Shown here piece after piece: positions 13,238 through 26,266 of a stretch of 64,000 bases of DNA. The notes below the pieces were generated by a model, which worked only from the letters and a program-made list of their open reading frames with translations, did not search any database and was not told the origin of the DNA. Each line of letters begins with the position of its first letter. Within the stretch, counting starts at the first letter, position 1. Source of the stretch: Nageia nagi (taxonomy: Eukaryota > Plantae > Pinophyta); NCBI GenBank assembly GCA_050084985.1, contig JBITNC010000001.1:65844001-65908000 (forward strand), written 5' to 3'. A program made the position numbers and the translations under genes.

Positions 13238-14840
13238 AAAGAGGTCTATTTTGGCAAGTTTTTGATATATAAGCCAAATATTTGGCCAACTTAGTGGATT
13301 TCCACTAAGTCTAATTGTAGTCTTAATTAGCATTTTCAATTACCTTGTAAAGAGTTGTTAGTGTTACAATTAGGGTTAGGGTTTTAAAACTCATTTCTAG
13401 GGTTTCAAAAGTCACTTTCAGGGTTTCCAAAACTCTATAAGTAGAAGATCAAGGGTCTCATTTTTGTAAAGACTTCATTCTGAAGCAAACACTTCTTTTC
13501 TTGAAGAGAGATATTTTGAGAATTGAGAGCTTATTGCAAATCTTGGCACCTCATTTTTCAAAATCTAATACAAAGTGGTTAATGCAAAGACTTGAGTTTG
13601 ACACTTTTCATATTGATGTGATGGATTGATTCTTTGAGGGCACTTATAGTTGGCTTGTGTACTTTCGTTTTATTCCTTTGAAAGCTCTCAAGCTTTAGGG
13701 AAGCTATCTCTGAAAAACTTTAAAAAGTGCTTGAAGCTTACCTATGTTTGTTGCTTGTTCTTTAACACGCAAGTTAATTGGGTATTCTATGTCAGTTTCT
13801 ACTTTCATGACATCTTGTTAGGTCCTTCATCCAAAACTATGATCTATTCGTATAGAACCAACAATTGGTGTTCCTCCCTGCTCCTCTTTGAAGCAATTTG
13901 AATGCAGAGTTGTTTGCTTGCAAGGTTGGATGAATTGGATGAAGTGTCCTTAATCGATTCGGAAAAGATTAACTCTTACACACTGTCCCATCAGTGAACC
14001 TCAAACTCACATCCGACCAAGTATCCTTTCTTTCTCCACGATGTTGTCCTTCACCTTTTACTGTATTACCTTTATGCTTTCTTTATGCTTTCATATCCAA
14101 ATACAATCATTAAATCCACACACAAAGGTTCTGAATAAAATCTATACATCTAAGAATAAAACAACATTGGCTAACAGGCTGCTACCTCTCATTCCATTCC
14201 ATTGAGGATGATTTCAAAGAGGGATACTGCACTTTCTTTATCTATCCCTAGACTAGGAACAAGCTCGACGAGCACAACTTGAACATAGCAACGTTAGATT
14301 GCTGAGTAAGTGTTTCAACAAGAGCCTTGGAGGTACACAGTCCTCTTCAAACGGGGGAATTGGTAATGCATTCCCAACTATGTTGCTTGGGATCTCCTAA
14401 GTTCCACGCACGATATTCAGAGTGTCACACACGGGAAAGAAAAGCATCCCAATAGTACCAACCTTGTTCTTTCTCAAGTAGAGCTTGTCCTTGTAGGTGA
14501 CTTTACCTACAATGGTGGTGAGAGTATCAATCTGCTGAAGTTCGTCATTTTCATTTTCAAAATCTTCTCTTTTGCAAGGATGATTTGAACTCAAGTTAGC
14601 CATCACTGCAGCCATGTCGAAGTGGGGTTCCATGGGTTGTTTTCCATTAGGAACCATCTCTCTGTCTTTGATGATTTCAACATCATGCTCTACTTGTCTT
14701 CTTTTTCTTCTTTGGTCTTCATTTTCTCCTTCGTCTTCCTGATTCTATCATCTCCCCCTGAAGATGATGCCATTGCCTTGCGTCTTGATGTACCCTTTTG
14801 TGCTGATGTCAACGCAGTCCTCTAAGATGGCGTTTATGAT

Positions 14841-15597
14841 TGAAATGACTTATTTCTGATTTTTACACAAAATTGGATACTCAAACAAAAAATTAGCACA
14901 AATGTTCCGCCACAATTAGAAAAATCAGTCAGGATATAATTGTATTAATTTCTGAATGAATACAATGAAAGAACATCCAAAAGGGTACTCAAATATGAAC
15001 ATAAAATGAACCGGAAAACTCCCCAGAGTGGGATAAACCCCCCTTAGGGTTTCTATTAACTCAAAAAACACATAAATCTGGTTGAATATTGCTCACAAAG
15101 CTGGAAACCCCTTCTAGGACAGCAAGGGCACAAAACATAATAGCAAAAATCACCACAAACTGGCTGGATTTCTTCCACAACAATTTCAAGTGACTAAGGG
15201 CACATCTCCTTAGTTTGCAAATGCAACAGCAAGGCTCATCTCTTGTCAACTGGAAATGCCTCCAACAGAGCTAGGGCACATCTCCTAAACAATCGTGGAG
15301 TTTGAGTAGGGTGCAACCTTCCTAAAAAAACCTAGAGTTTCAGATACAAAGTCATATAATAGCAAATACCTACTCAAAGTGGGATGCTTCATCCTCTTAT
15401 ATAGCTTGAGGATCTAATTTCAAGTTGACATCCCCAAACCTTAATTTGGCTTAAAAAGTGCCTTATTACAACATAAAGAAATAAAACATAAATGAAAATA
15501 ACTTAATGTTATGTCTCCTAGTCACATGAACCCCTTTTCACTTTCATAATTAAATGTAGCAGACATTTACAAAAAAATTTATTTTTAGGACATTACA
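14841..15597 (-). repeat. 3' LTR of the chromovirus
   Basis: Direct repeat of 20546-21297, roughly 5-6% diverged by eye. The PPT (AGGAGGGTGGACT on minus) is adjacent at 15598-15610. Confidence 0.95.
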
Positions 15598-15619
15598 AGT
15601 CCACCCTCCTCAAATTGCT

Positions 15620-18600
15620 TGTCCTCAAGCAACTACAAGGCTTGATAGTTCAAAATTTCAGCACCCTCCCATGTAGCATCATCAAGTGGTAAATCATGCC
15701 ACTTCACAAGATATTCTTTGAGAATTCTGCTCCTCAACTTCTTCTCCCTTGTCCTAGGATCAATTCAGGTTCAAGCACTAATTTGCCCTCATCATCCAAA
15801 GGATGCAACTCTGAAAGTGGCTATAACTGCTGTCCCAATGCCTTTTTCAGACATGAAACATGGAAAACATTGTGAATACTGCTTTCCTTCGGCAACTCCA
15901 ACGCATAGGCCACTTCATCAATCTTACGCAGCACCTTAAAAGGACCATAAAAATGTGGTTTAAGCTTCTCTAAACCACTTTTCTCCAAAGAGGGCTACTT
16001 ATAAGGCTGAAGCCTCACATAAACCATGTCTCCTTCCTGAAACAAGCGCTCACCCTTCTCTAGTTTGCATATTTCTTCTGCTGATTCTGTGCAATTTGAA
16101 TGTTGTTCTTCAATGTTCTCATGATGTCTTCGTATTCTGCAATGAAATCTTGGGCTCTAAGCACCCTACTATCACTCAACAACAAATCAGTAAAATTTGG
16201 AGCATCATAACCATAAAGAGCTTTGAAAGGAGACATCTTAATGGACATATGATAAAAGGAATTATAATAGAATTCACCCATGTACAGCCACTTAACCCAT
16301 GCATTTTGATGGCTGGAAACATAATTCCTCAAGTAACCTTCAACCCATATATTCACATTTTCAGTTTGTCCATCAGTTTGAGGGTGATAGCTAGTGCTAG
16401 GAGTGAGTTTAGTACCACATAGTTTGAACAGTTTTTGCCAAAACAAGCTTAGGAACTTGTTGTCCCTATCACTAACTATAGTAGTTGGCAACCCATGCAA
16501 TCTGAAAACTTCTTTGAAAAACAAATCAGCAACTTGCATGGTTGTGTAAGTGGCTGAAATTGCAAAGAAATGAGCAAATTTAGTAAGCCTATCAACCACT
16601 ACCAAGATGCAATCTATCGTGTATACCTTGGGAAGTCCTGTGATGAAGTCCATGGACACACTCTCCCATTTTTTATTTGGGATTGGCAATGGTTGTAGTA
16701 ACCCTGCAGGAAGTGTGTTTTCCGTCTTGTTTGTTTGGCAAACTTGGCATTCACACACATGATTGAGAATGTCATTTTTCAACCCCTTACAAGTGAACCT
16801 GTCACGCACCAATTTGTAAGTTTTGAAGAAACCAGGATGCCCAATAAGTGGTGCGTCATGCAGGAAATGTATAAGTCCCTCTTTTAGCTTGGATTCAGGT
16901 ACAATAAAAATTCTATTTTTATAAAAAATTAGCCCTTCTCTAAGGTTGTACCTATCATCTAAAAGGCTGCCATCAACAAGTTTAGAAGTCCATGCATTCT
17001 TAACATATTTAGCCATAATTTTAACCTCCCAATCTGCTGAAATAACTGAAATAGAATGAAAATGAGGGGGATCTACACAATGCATCAGCTGCAGAATTCT
17101 TCTTCCCTTTCACAAATTCAATTTCGAAATCATAGGACTGCAACTTAGTAACCCATTTTTGTTGTCTTTCATTTAGTTCAAATTGCCCAAGGAAATCTTT
17201 CAAACTGTTATGATCACTCTTGACCACAAACTTACCACATACCAAGTATTGCTTGAACTTGGTCAAGGCATGTATAATGGCTAGCATCTCTTTGTCATAG
17301 ATGCTAAAGGTGCACTCCTCCTTGGTGAACTTCCTACTCTCATAGGCAATGGGATGCCCTTTTTGCATAAGTATGGCTCCAACTCCTAAACCTGAAGCAT
17401 CACAAGCAATAGTGAAAGGAATAGAAAAATCAGGAATAGCAAGTAAAGGAGTAGTAGTCATGATTTCCTTCAGCTTCAAGAATGCTACCAAAGCATCATT
17501 AGACCATGAGAAAGCTCCTTTCTTAGTCAATTCTGTAAGTGTGGCAGCCAAGGAAGAAAAACCCTTAATGAACCTCCTGTAGTAACTGCAAAGACCAATG
17601 AAACCTCTCAATTCAGTCAAGTTCGTAGGGGTTGGCCATTTTTGTACTGCTGCAATTTTTTCTTTGTCAACATGTACACCTTCTTGGCTGATCACGTCCT
17701 AAATACAAAATTTCCTTCATAGCAAAATCACACTTGGACTGTTTAGCATAAAAATTTTGCTGTTCCAGAATGTCTAAAACTATATCCAAATGCTGTAAGT
17801 GCTCATTCCAAGACTTACTATAAATCAAAATATCATCAAAAAATACCAACACAAACTTTCTTAACTGCTTACTAAAAATTTGATTCATGGCTGATTGGAA
17901 CATGGCAGGTGCGTTAGTCAAACCAAAGGGCATAACCATAAATTCAAAATGCCCAAAATGACACCTAAAAACAATCTTTGGGATGTCTTCTTCCTTCATG
18001 CAAATCTGATGGTAACCTAATCTAAGATCAATTTTTGAAAAGTACTTAGCCCCATGCAATTCATTAATAAGCTCATCAACTCTAGGGATGGGATACCTAT
18101 TTTTTATTGTCCTTTTATTCAAGGCCCTATAATCAATGCACATTTTGATAGTGCCATCTTTCTTCTTCACTAATACAACAGGTGAAGCAAAGGAACTACA
18201 ACTAGGCTTAATGAACCCACACTCCAAGAGTTCATTAATGGTTTTCTCAATCTCATCTTTGAAAACCTTAGAATGTCTATATGGCTAATTCTCACAGGCT
18301 TGCTATTGGGTTCCAACTCAATAACATGCCAAAATCCTCTACTAGGTGGCAAACCTTTAGGTAAGTCCTCAAAAATCTTTCTATGCTTGTGCAAAATAGC
18401 ATGAAAATAAAGGTGTGTAGTGGAAGTATTTTTACCTTCAGCTTGAAATATTACATCAGCCCACATATTGTTCTTACGATGCACTAACTTCTCCATGCGC
18501 TTGTAGGACACCTCCAAAATATTGCATGCATCTTTGGTGGAATTGTTCCTAACTCCACGCAACACTATATTCTTCCCATCTAACACAAATTTCAGCTCTA

Positions 18601-20121
18601 ATTTCTGATAATTAGTAACATAATCACCAAGAGACGAAAGCCATTGTACTCCTAGAACCATGTGAGACATACCACCCAAGGGAAGGAGAAAAAATTGTTC
18701 ATCCACCTCATAACTCCCAAAACTGATTTTCAAATGCCTAACTACCTTGTTACAAGGAATCAAATCACTATTTCCAATTGCAACATTAAAACCAGGAATG
18801 ATTTCTGTTTTCAGTTTTTGACATGCTATAAATTTTTCATCAACAAAATTATAAGTAGCACCACCATCAATAAGAACCATTACCTTTTCACCCAAAGCAT
18901 TTCCTGGAACCTTGATAGTTTTGAATTGGTTCAACCCACTAAGAGTAGCAAGGGATCCTCCTTTGGGCTCTTCATGTGGTGTAGACTCATCAAGCTCATC
19001 AAAAGACATGTACTCCTCCTCTTCCTCTTCACTCTCTGAACTTTCTGAATGCACTTCAATCAAATGCATGCCCTTTTATTGGCATTTATGGCCAGGTGTC
19101 CAAGGAGTCTTGCAAGAGAAGCAAAATGCTTCCTCCTAAGTTCGTTCCTCTCATGGATGCTCATCTTTGGCTGCTGCGTAGGGTTTCTAGAGGGCTTGAA
19201 AGGTGCTTTTGAAGCTCCATATGGTATTTTTCGCTTCTCCATTGCATTCTTCTCCCTCCCAAAGTCGGATGTTGCACTTCTAGGCTATCCAAAGCCTGTG
19301 TTTTTGGCTGAAAATAGTAGTTTTGTAGGGGTATTGTATGCTACATATTTCTGCCTTGGTGGCATGACAAATTCAAGGTTCATGGCTCTCTTGATTGCAT
19401 CCTCAGGAGCGGCTGGTTCAAAGGCCTTCACAAGACCCTTCAATGGCTCCAATAACCCATCAACAAACAAGAAAATAACCCTTTTTGGAGAGATGTTTTG
19501 TACTTGGACAGCAATCTGCTCAAAACTCTCAATATACTCACTCAAAGAAGAAGTTTGTTTGAGTGTCGCAAGTTCTTTAAAAAACTCCTCCACATCTTTC
19601 CTTTCAAATCTATTTAGTAACCTTTGGCAAAATTCCTCAAAAGAAGAAACCTCACCATGCCCTTGGGTTACCAAACCATGATGCCACCATGAGTATGCTC
19701 CACCTTCAAGATGAAGCGTAGCAATTTGAACAGCATCTTCTTCAACTATAGGGTCCAAGGAAAAATATGTCTAAAGCGTTTGCAACCATCCCCTAGCTGA
19801 CAACCCATCTTGTCCATTGAATGTAGGGATGGTCATCTTTCAGTGCAATTTCTTGTTCTGCTTTTTGGCCTCTCCAACCTTCTTCCCCATGATTTTCAAG
19901 TACCTATCAAAGCTTACTACAACTCTGAAATTTTCTGGTTTCTCAGAGTACTCCATAAACAATTCGTCCCAATCACCTTGAATATCATTAACCTCCATTA
20001 GGGATTTTGAGATGAACATGGGCTTAAATGGTTTGGGCAAGGGAGTGTGAGAGCTGGTTGAGGATTCCTCCCCATGAGTCCTCCTAGATGCTTCAGCCCT
20101 AGGCTCTTTAAATCTTGCCAA
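15620..20121 (-). pseudogene. gag-pol of the chromovirus (frameshifted)
   Basis: gag 19285-20121; zinc knuckle CFSCKTPWTPGHKC near 19080-19130; protease VLIDGGAT (18170-19069); RT FFDDILIY (17667-18227); RNaseH CDASG (17021-17695); integrase SMDFITGLP/VSDRD (16060-17085); chromodomain YLVKWHDLPLDDATWE near 15670-15716. Confidence 0.95.
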
Positions 20122-20531
20122 TTACAAGGCCTCATCCTACTTGTGCACCATTTGGGTTATCAAATTCACCAAAGTGGCCATAGTGTTCCTCTCCTCATTT
20201 CTCTCTCTTTCAGCCTCTTCCCACATCCTCTCAGGCACAGTTTTATCTGCCATTTCTTCCTCTTGTTGTTGCCTCTTTTTGCTGCAAGTGTAGTAGATGT
20301 AATCGGAAGGCATAAACCCTCAATTTTCAGATCCAAGGCACCAAATTGCACCAAAAAATTGGGCGAACCTTTTTTTTACCATAGAAAATATGTTTTAACC
20401 ACAAATCAACAATACCCACAATATTTTTCTGAAAACCCTAATTTTTAGAAACTCTAACTTGGAAAAAACTCGAAAACTAGGATACCCACAATAGAAAAAT
20501 GCTAGATCTACCACAGGCTGGCAAGATACCA

Positions 20532-20543
20532 ACTCTGATACCA
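20532..20543 (-). promoter_or_regulatory. PBS complementary to tRNA-iMet
   Basis: TGGTATCAGAGT, 2 nt inside the 5' LTR. Confidence 0.9.
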
Positions 20544-20545
20544 CT

Positions 20546-21297
20546 TGAAATGACTCATTTCTGATTTTTACACAAAACTATATACTCAAACACAGAAATT
20601 AGCACAAATGTTGCGCCGCAATTAGAAAAATCAGTCAAGATAGAATTGTATTAATTTTTGAATGGATACAATGAAAGAACATCCAAAAGGGTACTCAAAT
20701 ATGAACATAAAATGAACCGAAAAACTCCCCAAAGTGGGATAAACCCCCCTTAGGGTTTCTATTAACTCAAAACACAGAAATCTGGCTGAATATTGCTCAC
20801 AAAGCTGGAAACCCCTTCTAGGGCAGCAAGGGCACAAAACACAATAGCAAAAATCACCAAACTAGCTGGATTTCTTCCATAGCAATTTCAAATGACTAAG
20901 GGCACATCTCCTTAGTTTGCAAATGCAACAGCAAGGCTCATCTCTTGTCAACTATAAATGCCTCCAATAGAGCTAGGGTACATCTCCTAAAAAATGGTGG
21001 AGTTTGAGTAGGGTGCAACCTTCCTCAAGAAACCTAGGGTTTCAGATACAAAGTCATATAATAGCAAATACCTACTCAAAATTGGATGCTCCATCCTCTT
21101 ATATAGCTTGAGGATCTAATTTCAAGTTGACATCCCCAAACCCTAATTTGACTTAAAGTGCCTTATTACAACATAAAGAAATAAAACATAAATGAAAACA
21201 ACTTAATGTTATGTCTCCTAGTCACATGAGCCCCTTTTCACTTTCATAATTAAGTGTAGCAGACATTTACAAAAATATTTATTTTTGGGACATTACA
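20546..21297 (-). repeat. 5' LTR of the chromovirus
   Basis: Direct repeat of 14841-15597. Confidence 0.95.
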
Positions 21298-22303
21298 ATG
21301 ATGCATGTTTCTCATGAGCGGATTTTGGGGTGATTGCTCCAGCTACTTGTTGTACAATCATATCAATCGAGAGATTGTCTTTGTCAAGGATCTCTACTGA
21401 ATGATCAATGTCGACCCTATCAAAGGTAATATCTCGATTTACTTCCATGTCGATATCGATGATTGCACTAAGATCCATCTCTTCATTGGTCTCTGATGAG
21501 CTACTTGGTCCATACTTGTCAGAAATAGACGATGATGTACTAAGGTTTAGATTCATGCACATACCACTCCAATTCAAACCTTGTGGGAGATCTATCTTTT
21601 TCTGCAAGCATTTGAATGGTTGAGAGATCAAGCTTGCTCTTCTAAGGTCCATGATTCCATTCTTCGTACCCATGACATTTGTTTCAATGGTTTGTTCGAG
21701 GATGCTATTGGTAGCATAATGCCCGTTCTGTCCTTGAGCCAGGGTTACTAAGGGTGATATTATGGGAATAACATACCCATGACTTAGGGGTACAGTACCT
21801 GTGCATTGGCTCTTAACCTAGCAGCTTCTTCGGCTTCCATTGTTTTTGTTCTTTCTTCAGCTCTTTGTGAATCCGTTAAATCTGCAGGGCATCCTGAATG
21901 TTCCTGTACCTCTATACTGCCAAGGGATTGGTGTGGATATGATGATCTCCATGTTTTCTAGAAAAATCCATCAATTACTCCATCTAAATCATAGTGATCC
22001 GCTACTACCTCGGTTGGGAATTCATACAACACTAGCTCTTGTTTGATCATATCAATTTGATATTAGGTGGTGCACTCATAATTCCCAATGATAATAGGTA
22101 ATTGGTAGGTGGTCACATCTTTCTTTGCCCATACCTTGTCATGCACGTTAAGCAAGTGTATGGGAAATTGCATGAGAATGAGACAATCACTTGCGTAACA
22201 GGGTAGATTGTACAATGCTTCTTTGGAGCTATAGACCCTGTGGTAGGTGAATTCTATGTCCTCCATAAAGAAGTCTGCATGTCCCTTGATAATGGCAGCG
22301 GCT

Positions 22304-25125
22304 TCAAGAGTTGGATGTTGGACGAACACTATGGCCTAAAGGGCAACACACTCATCAATGCCCCTCGTTCCCACTTCTATCCGTCCGTGGAATTAATGAT
22401 CCTCATGTTGTCAAGAGTTCTCAAAAGCGAGGATGCATCCAAATTTTGAAAGGAGTTCTTCGGCTTCATCGTAGAAATAGCTAGAGGGAAGAAGATCAAG
22501 TGGAGTAAGGTGTTGAGTGATAGCATTATGGACCAATTGTCATCGGTGGGAACCACACGCAAATTCTACCTCAACTCTTATTTGGTGTACCTGCTACTTC
22601 ATGGCAAGCAAAGGCCTATAGCTTTAGGGGAGGCAAACTTGATTGAGAAAGGAATATATGCCATATGGAAATACTACCCTAAGTGGAGGATCGAGAGGAG
22701 ATGCGAGAACTTCATGATGAAGAGTGATGGATGGGAATATGAGATCTACAAGGAGCTTAAGAGAGAAATCACTGTTGCTAGGATCTCAAACTCAACCTAA
22801 GATGCGTTGAGGAAGCATGGAGACTTCTTCATCCATCATCAACATTACTCCTACATTTTCCTCTATGGATCAGCCATGGAGCAATATCAACAGCCCCGGT
22901 TTGTGAGCAACAGGATGCTCTTGATGGAGATGATGAGGCAGTTGACCTACCTACATGAGCACGTTTGGCAAAAAAAGTCAGCCATTTCCAATTTTCCGGT
23001 CATAGTGGGAGAGTATCAGTGAAGAGCATGGGCAGACGTGAATTCCATGATAGAGGAATGGGGAAGGTACAACTTCAAGAAGATGTCAGCTGCCAACCAC
23101 TATGATCCTGAGCACCGAATCCATGACTTCTACAAGAAGGAAAGGAAGAGGGCCTATAAGCATAGGCCACTTAGAGACGAGGAATCATTTCAAAGCGTTA
23201 GCACTGAAGTGGAAGTGAAGAAGATCTATGCCAAGATGCAAGAAGAGGCTCATAAGCAACAACAAGAAGTGGAGGCATCTATTGATAAGAAGTTGTCTCA
23301 GTCTCGGGGAAAGAAACCACAAGAATCCACCTCTAGAGTCATTCACTTTCCACCGATGATTGAGGAGCTTGTTGGACAGTATGCATCAATGCACGGGAAG
23401 AATCCAATTGACAGGTAGTGCAACAGGTTAGAGATACAGTTGATGAACATGATGTGAGGGAATTAGAGCATGTGGCAATCAACAAAGTGATGAGATGTGT
23501 GAGGAACAGAGAAGCAGATTCGTCGCCACCCCAAAGGTCACCAAGAACAGTAGTGTCACGTCCATTTCAGACCGTTCCACCATCAGGATCAGAATCTTCA
23601 GGCCATTTGTATGAACCTGATAACACCCCTGAGAGAGAACAAGCAAGTGAGCAAGAAGAGAATGACATTCAGAGCATGCTTGCAAAAGGGGAATATGAGA
23701 GCATACCTAAAGATGAATCCGATGAACAGCCAAAGAATGGGCATGCAGCTAATAGTTTTCTCGGAGACAATATTCAGGATGCCCAAGACGAAGAGCCGTC
23801 TCTTGAGATATTGAAGCAGGTCCACAACCATGACATTTCGGAGCCTTCAACATCTCAAGGGAAAAACAAAGATCCAACCTTTGAGTCAATACCAAGGAGA
23901 GTGCAATTGAAGAGGGGATCTCAGTCTAGATTGTCGGTGACATCCAGCGACGTTGCAAGACAAGGAGGGAGGCCTTCAAAGAGACTCAAGGAAAACACCA
24001 TCGCTGTTGCCGAAGCAGTAGTAGAAACGCATCAGCCTTCGCCTAATCATGAGTGGGGTGTGCATATGGACAAGTCCCTCGACATCTTTAACATGGATGT
24101 TGGAGTTCAAAGCTAGAGGAGCTGACGATCAAATTGGGGAGAGTTCTACTCATTTGGAGAGGAGTCAGACTTATCTACTCATGACTGATAATGCAATATG
24201 CATTAAGACTATAGTGGCTGAGAAGGATAAACCCCAATGCCCCGGGGACTTGAAGCAAATCAATCAGATCATTAACATAGGCCCCACTGGCATGGTTGGC
24301 AGAAAACACACAATCATCTCGAACACCACGACATTCACCAATGATGGGCTACTAAAGGAGAAAGAGATAAAGAGCTTGAAGAAAGAGTTATCTGCCCAGA
24401 AGAGACTGACTTGTGAGCTTGAGTCAGCCAAGGTGACTACAGAAGAGCTTAGGAAGGTGAGACCCCTCAAAGAAGGCATGATGACAGTAAAACGGGAAGT
24501 GATGGATGAGGTCTTAGAAGTATTGAGTAAATTCATTGAGGCCCTTCACAAGATCTCATTCGAGGAAGATAAGTTGAAGTATATTGTCACCGAGAGGGTT
24601 AGATTGCACAGAATTTTAGACTCCAACAAACCCAGGATTCGGAGATTTGAGGCAACACAGGCTCAGACGCCCAAGGATACTACATCTTGTGAGGATTACT
24701 GGTCCTATTGGCACGTAAATAGTCAAGTGCTCACCCGCTTCCAAGAAACCAAGAAGGAGGCGACCACGATCAATGATAGAGCCCACTCATGTATTGAGCA
24801 GATGGACTTTCAGGTGTAGTTCTTGGAAGAGAATACCACCATTCGGGTAGCCGATGAGGTAGTGGAAGAGGTCAGACACCTTCTTCACACCCTGATGATG
24901 ATAGAAAACGTCAACTCCTATCAATCAGGGAGTCATTTGAGGCATATGCTACAAGCTCATGTGTGGAAGGCTAAGATGTAGAAGCTGATGGACAAGGTCG
25001 AGGACAGCGTTGCTATTAGCAAGCCAAAGTTCTCGGAGATGTTGCGCGGAGTGGAGCTTATGGCGAGATTCCTAGTTGACGGTTTTGAGGATAGAGTTGC
25101 GGGCTTGAGCCCACCATTGGCCTAA
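22304..25125 (+). pseudogene. F2 LTR-encoded ORF, copy 1 (disrupted, N-terminus missing)
   Basis: ORFs 22510, 22807, 23038, 23418 and 24049 are collinear with 42169-45144 and homologous to 10119-13237. Confidence 0.8.
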
Positions 25126-26245
25126 TTGCTATTTTGGATTAGTTTAGTTTATTTTCATACAAAGTTTTTATTTTCTAGCTCGACATTTTTAATAATATTT
25201 TATTCCGAAACTCATGAAATATTAGGATTTGCTCCCACGAGTTTGGGAAAAACTTTGTAATGCCATGTGGCATATTTTTGTTGGACCATATTTTATTTCT
25301 TGAAAATTGCAATTAGGATTAGGGCAACCCTTAGGGTTTCCAAGAAAACTATATATACCCCATTTTGATTCATTTGTAAGGGAATTAGACATTTTGCAAA
25401 TTGTGCTACTTACACAATATTTTCAAACTTGAAAGTTTCCCTATTTTGTAATTGTGATATAATTTCAAGTAATTGAAGTAAAGCATATTTTCATTTGGAA
25501 CTATGGATGTGAATGTGTGTTACATCTCTATACAATCTTGAGTGTTTGGAGCATTTTGTAAATCTTGCTAAGGTGGAAAAAAGAGTGCCTGAAAATCTTT
25601 TGAAATATTTCTAGTGTATGGTTGTGACGTTTCATAGTTTGCACATTGGACTAGTATGTTTTAAGATGACTCGTATATGTCGTTTAATATAGGAACTTCA
25701 CTCCCTATTTGACCTCTACCCACATCACATCTTTCTTTTCCATTGCCTTAGCGACAAGATCCCTTTGTTAGGACACTCATGTTGTTGTCTTCCAAGTCGG
25801 ATTCGGAGTGCGTGGAACATAGGCCAAACCCGTACAAGTCCAATCTTAGAAATCCATACTAGTCAATGAGAATATCGCCCCTCGAGCCGAATTCAAATAT
25901 CACCGTCTTCTCACAACCTCTTTTCTTTATTTTTTTTTAATTTCTTTTGAGCGACTTTTGCAACGAATCTTTTCCTTTTCCCCTTTTTTGAGAGACAACT
26001 ATTTCTGGATCACAAACCCTTCGAGTCCTTGGTTAACAAATTTTATTTGAGTTGGTAATAGCTTTTAGCATCTCCACCGAATCACTTAAGTGATTCCTTG
26101 CACCCTTCACTTTCAAACCTTTGGGGTAAACAGTCCTCATAGCGGCTAAGGGTCACGCCCTACCACTCAGGTGTTGGAGTCTTTCCACAAGCCTTGTAAT
26201 ACCATCTGCCAATCAACAAGGGTAGGAAAGAAAAAGCCCTCAACA
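22304..26245 (+). repeat. F2 giant 5' LTR (5'-truncated)
   Basis: 22304-25924 is about 90% identical by eye to 42320-45844. Ends ...GAAAAAGCCCTCAACA immediately before the PBS. Confidence 0.8.
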
Positions 26246-26250
26246 TAAAT

Positions 26251-26266
26251 TGGCGCTAGGAGGAGG
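26251..26266 (+). promoter_or_regulatory. PBS complementary to tRNA-Asn(GUU)
   Basis: TGGCGCTAGGAGGAGG matches the complement of the plant tRNA-Asn 3' end (CCTCCTTCTAGCGCCA) with one mismatch. It lies 5 nt after the LTR CA. Confidence 0.8.

Larger units (their letters stand above)
6939..14454 (+). mobile_element. F1 giant solo LTR (~7.5 kb), copy A, with 4-bp TSD GTAC
   Basis: Starts TATTGTGCTCGCACAACACACCCC (compare TGTTGTGCCCGCACAACACACCCC at 60776) and ends GCATCCCAATA (compare CAACA at 4829). Flanked by GTAC at 6935-6938 and 14455-14458. No PBS, PPT, gag or pol seen inside. Confidence 0.82.
14841..21297 (-). mobile_element. Full-length Ty3/gypsy chromovirus LTR retrotransposon, TSD ATGAT
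   Basis: LTRs 14841-15597 and 20546-21297 (TG..CA). TSD ATGAT at 14836-14840 and 21298-21302. PBS, PPT and domain order gag-PR-RT-RH-INT-chromodomain all present. Confidence 0.96.
4829..22306 (-). mobile_element. F1 giant-LTR copy B (minus strand) in three pieces: 4829-6938, 14455-14840, 21298-22306
   Basis: The pieces are reverse complements of roughly 10970-14454. The terminus reads ...GGCATCCCAACA at 4829. Continuity is restored when the insertions at 6939-14454 and 14841-21297 are removed. Confidence 0.88.

Noticed and set aside
16096-20448. Plus-strand ORFs (16096, 17349, 18662, 19049, 20074) as genes
   Set aside because: Antisense shadows of the minus-strand gag-pol.
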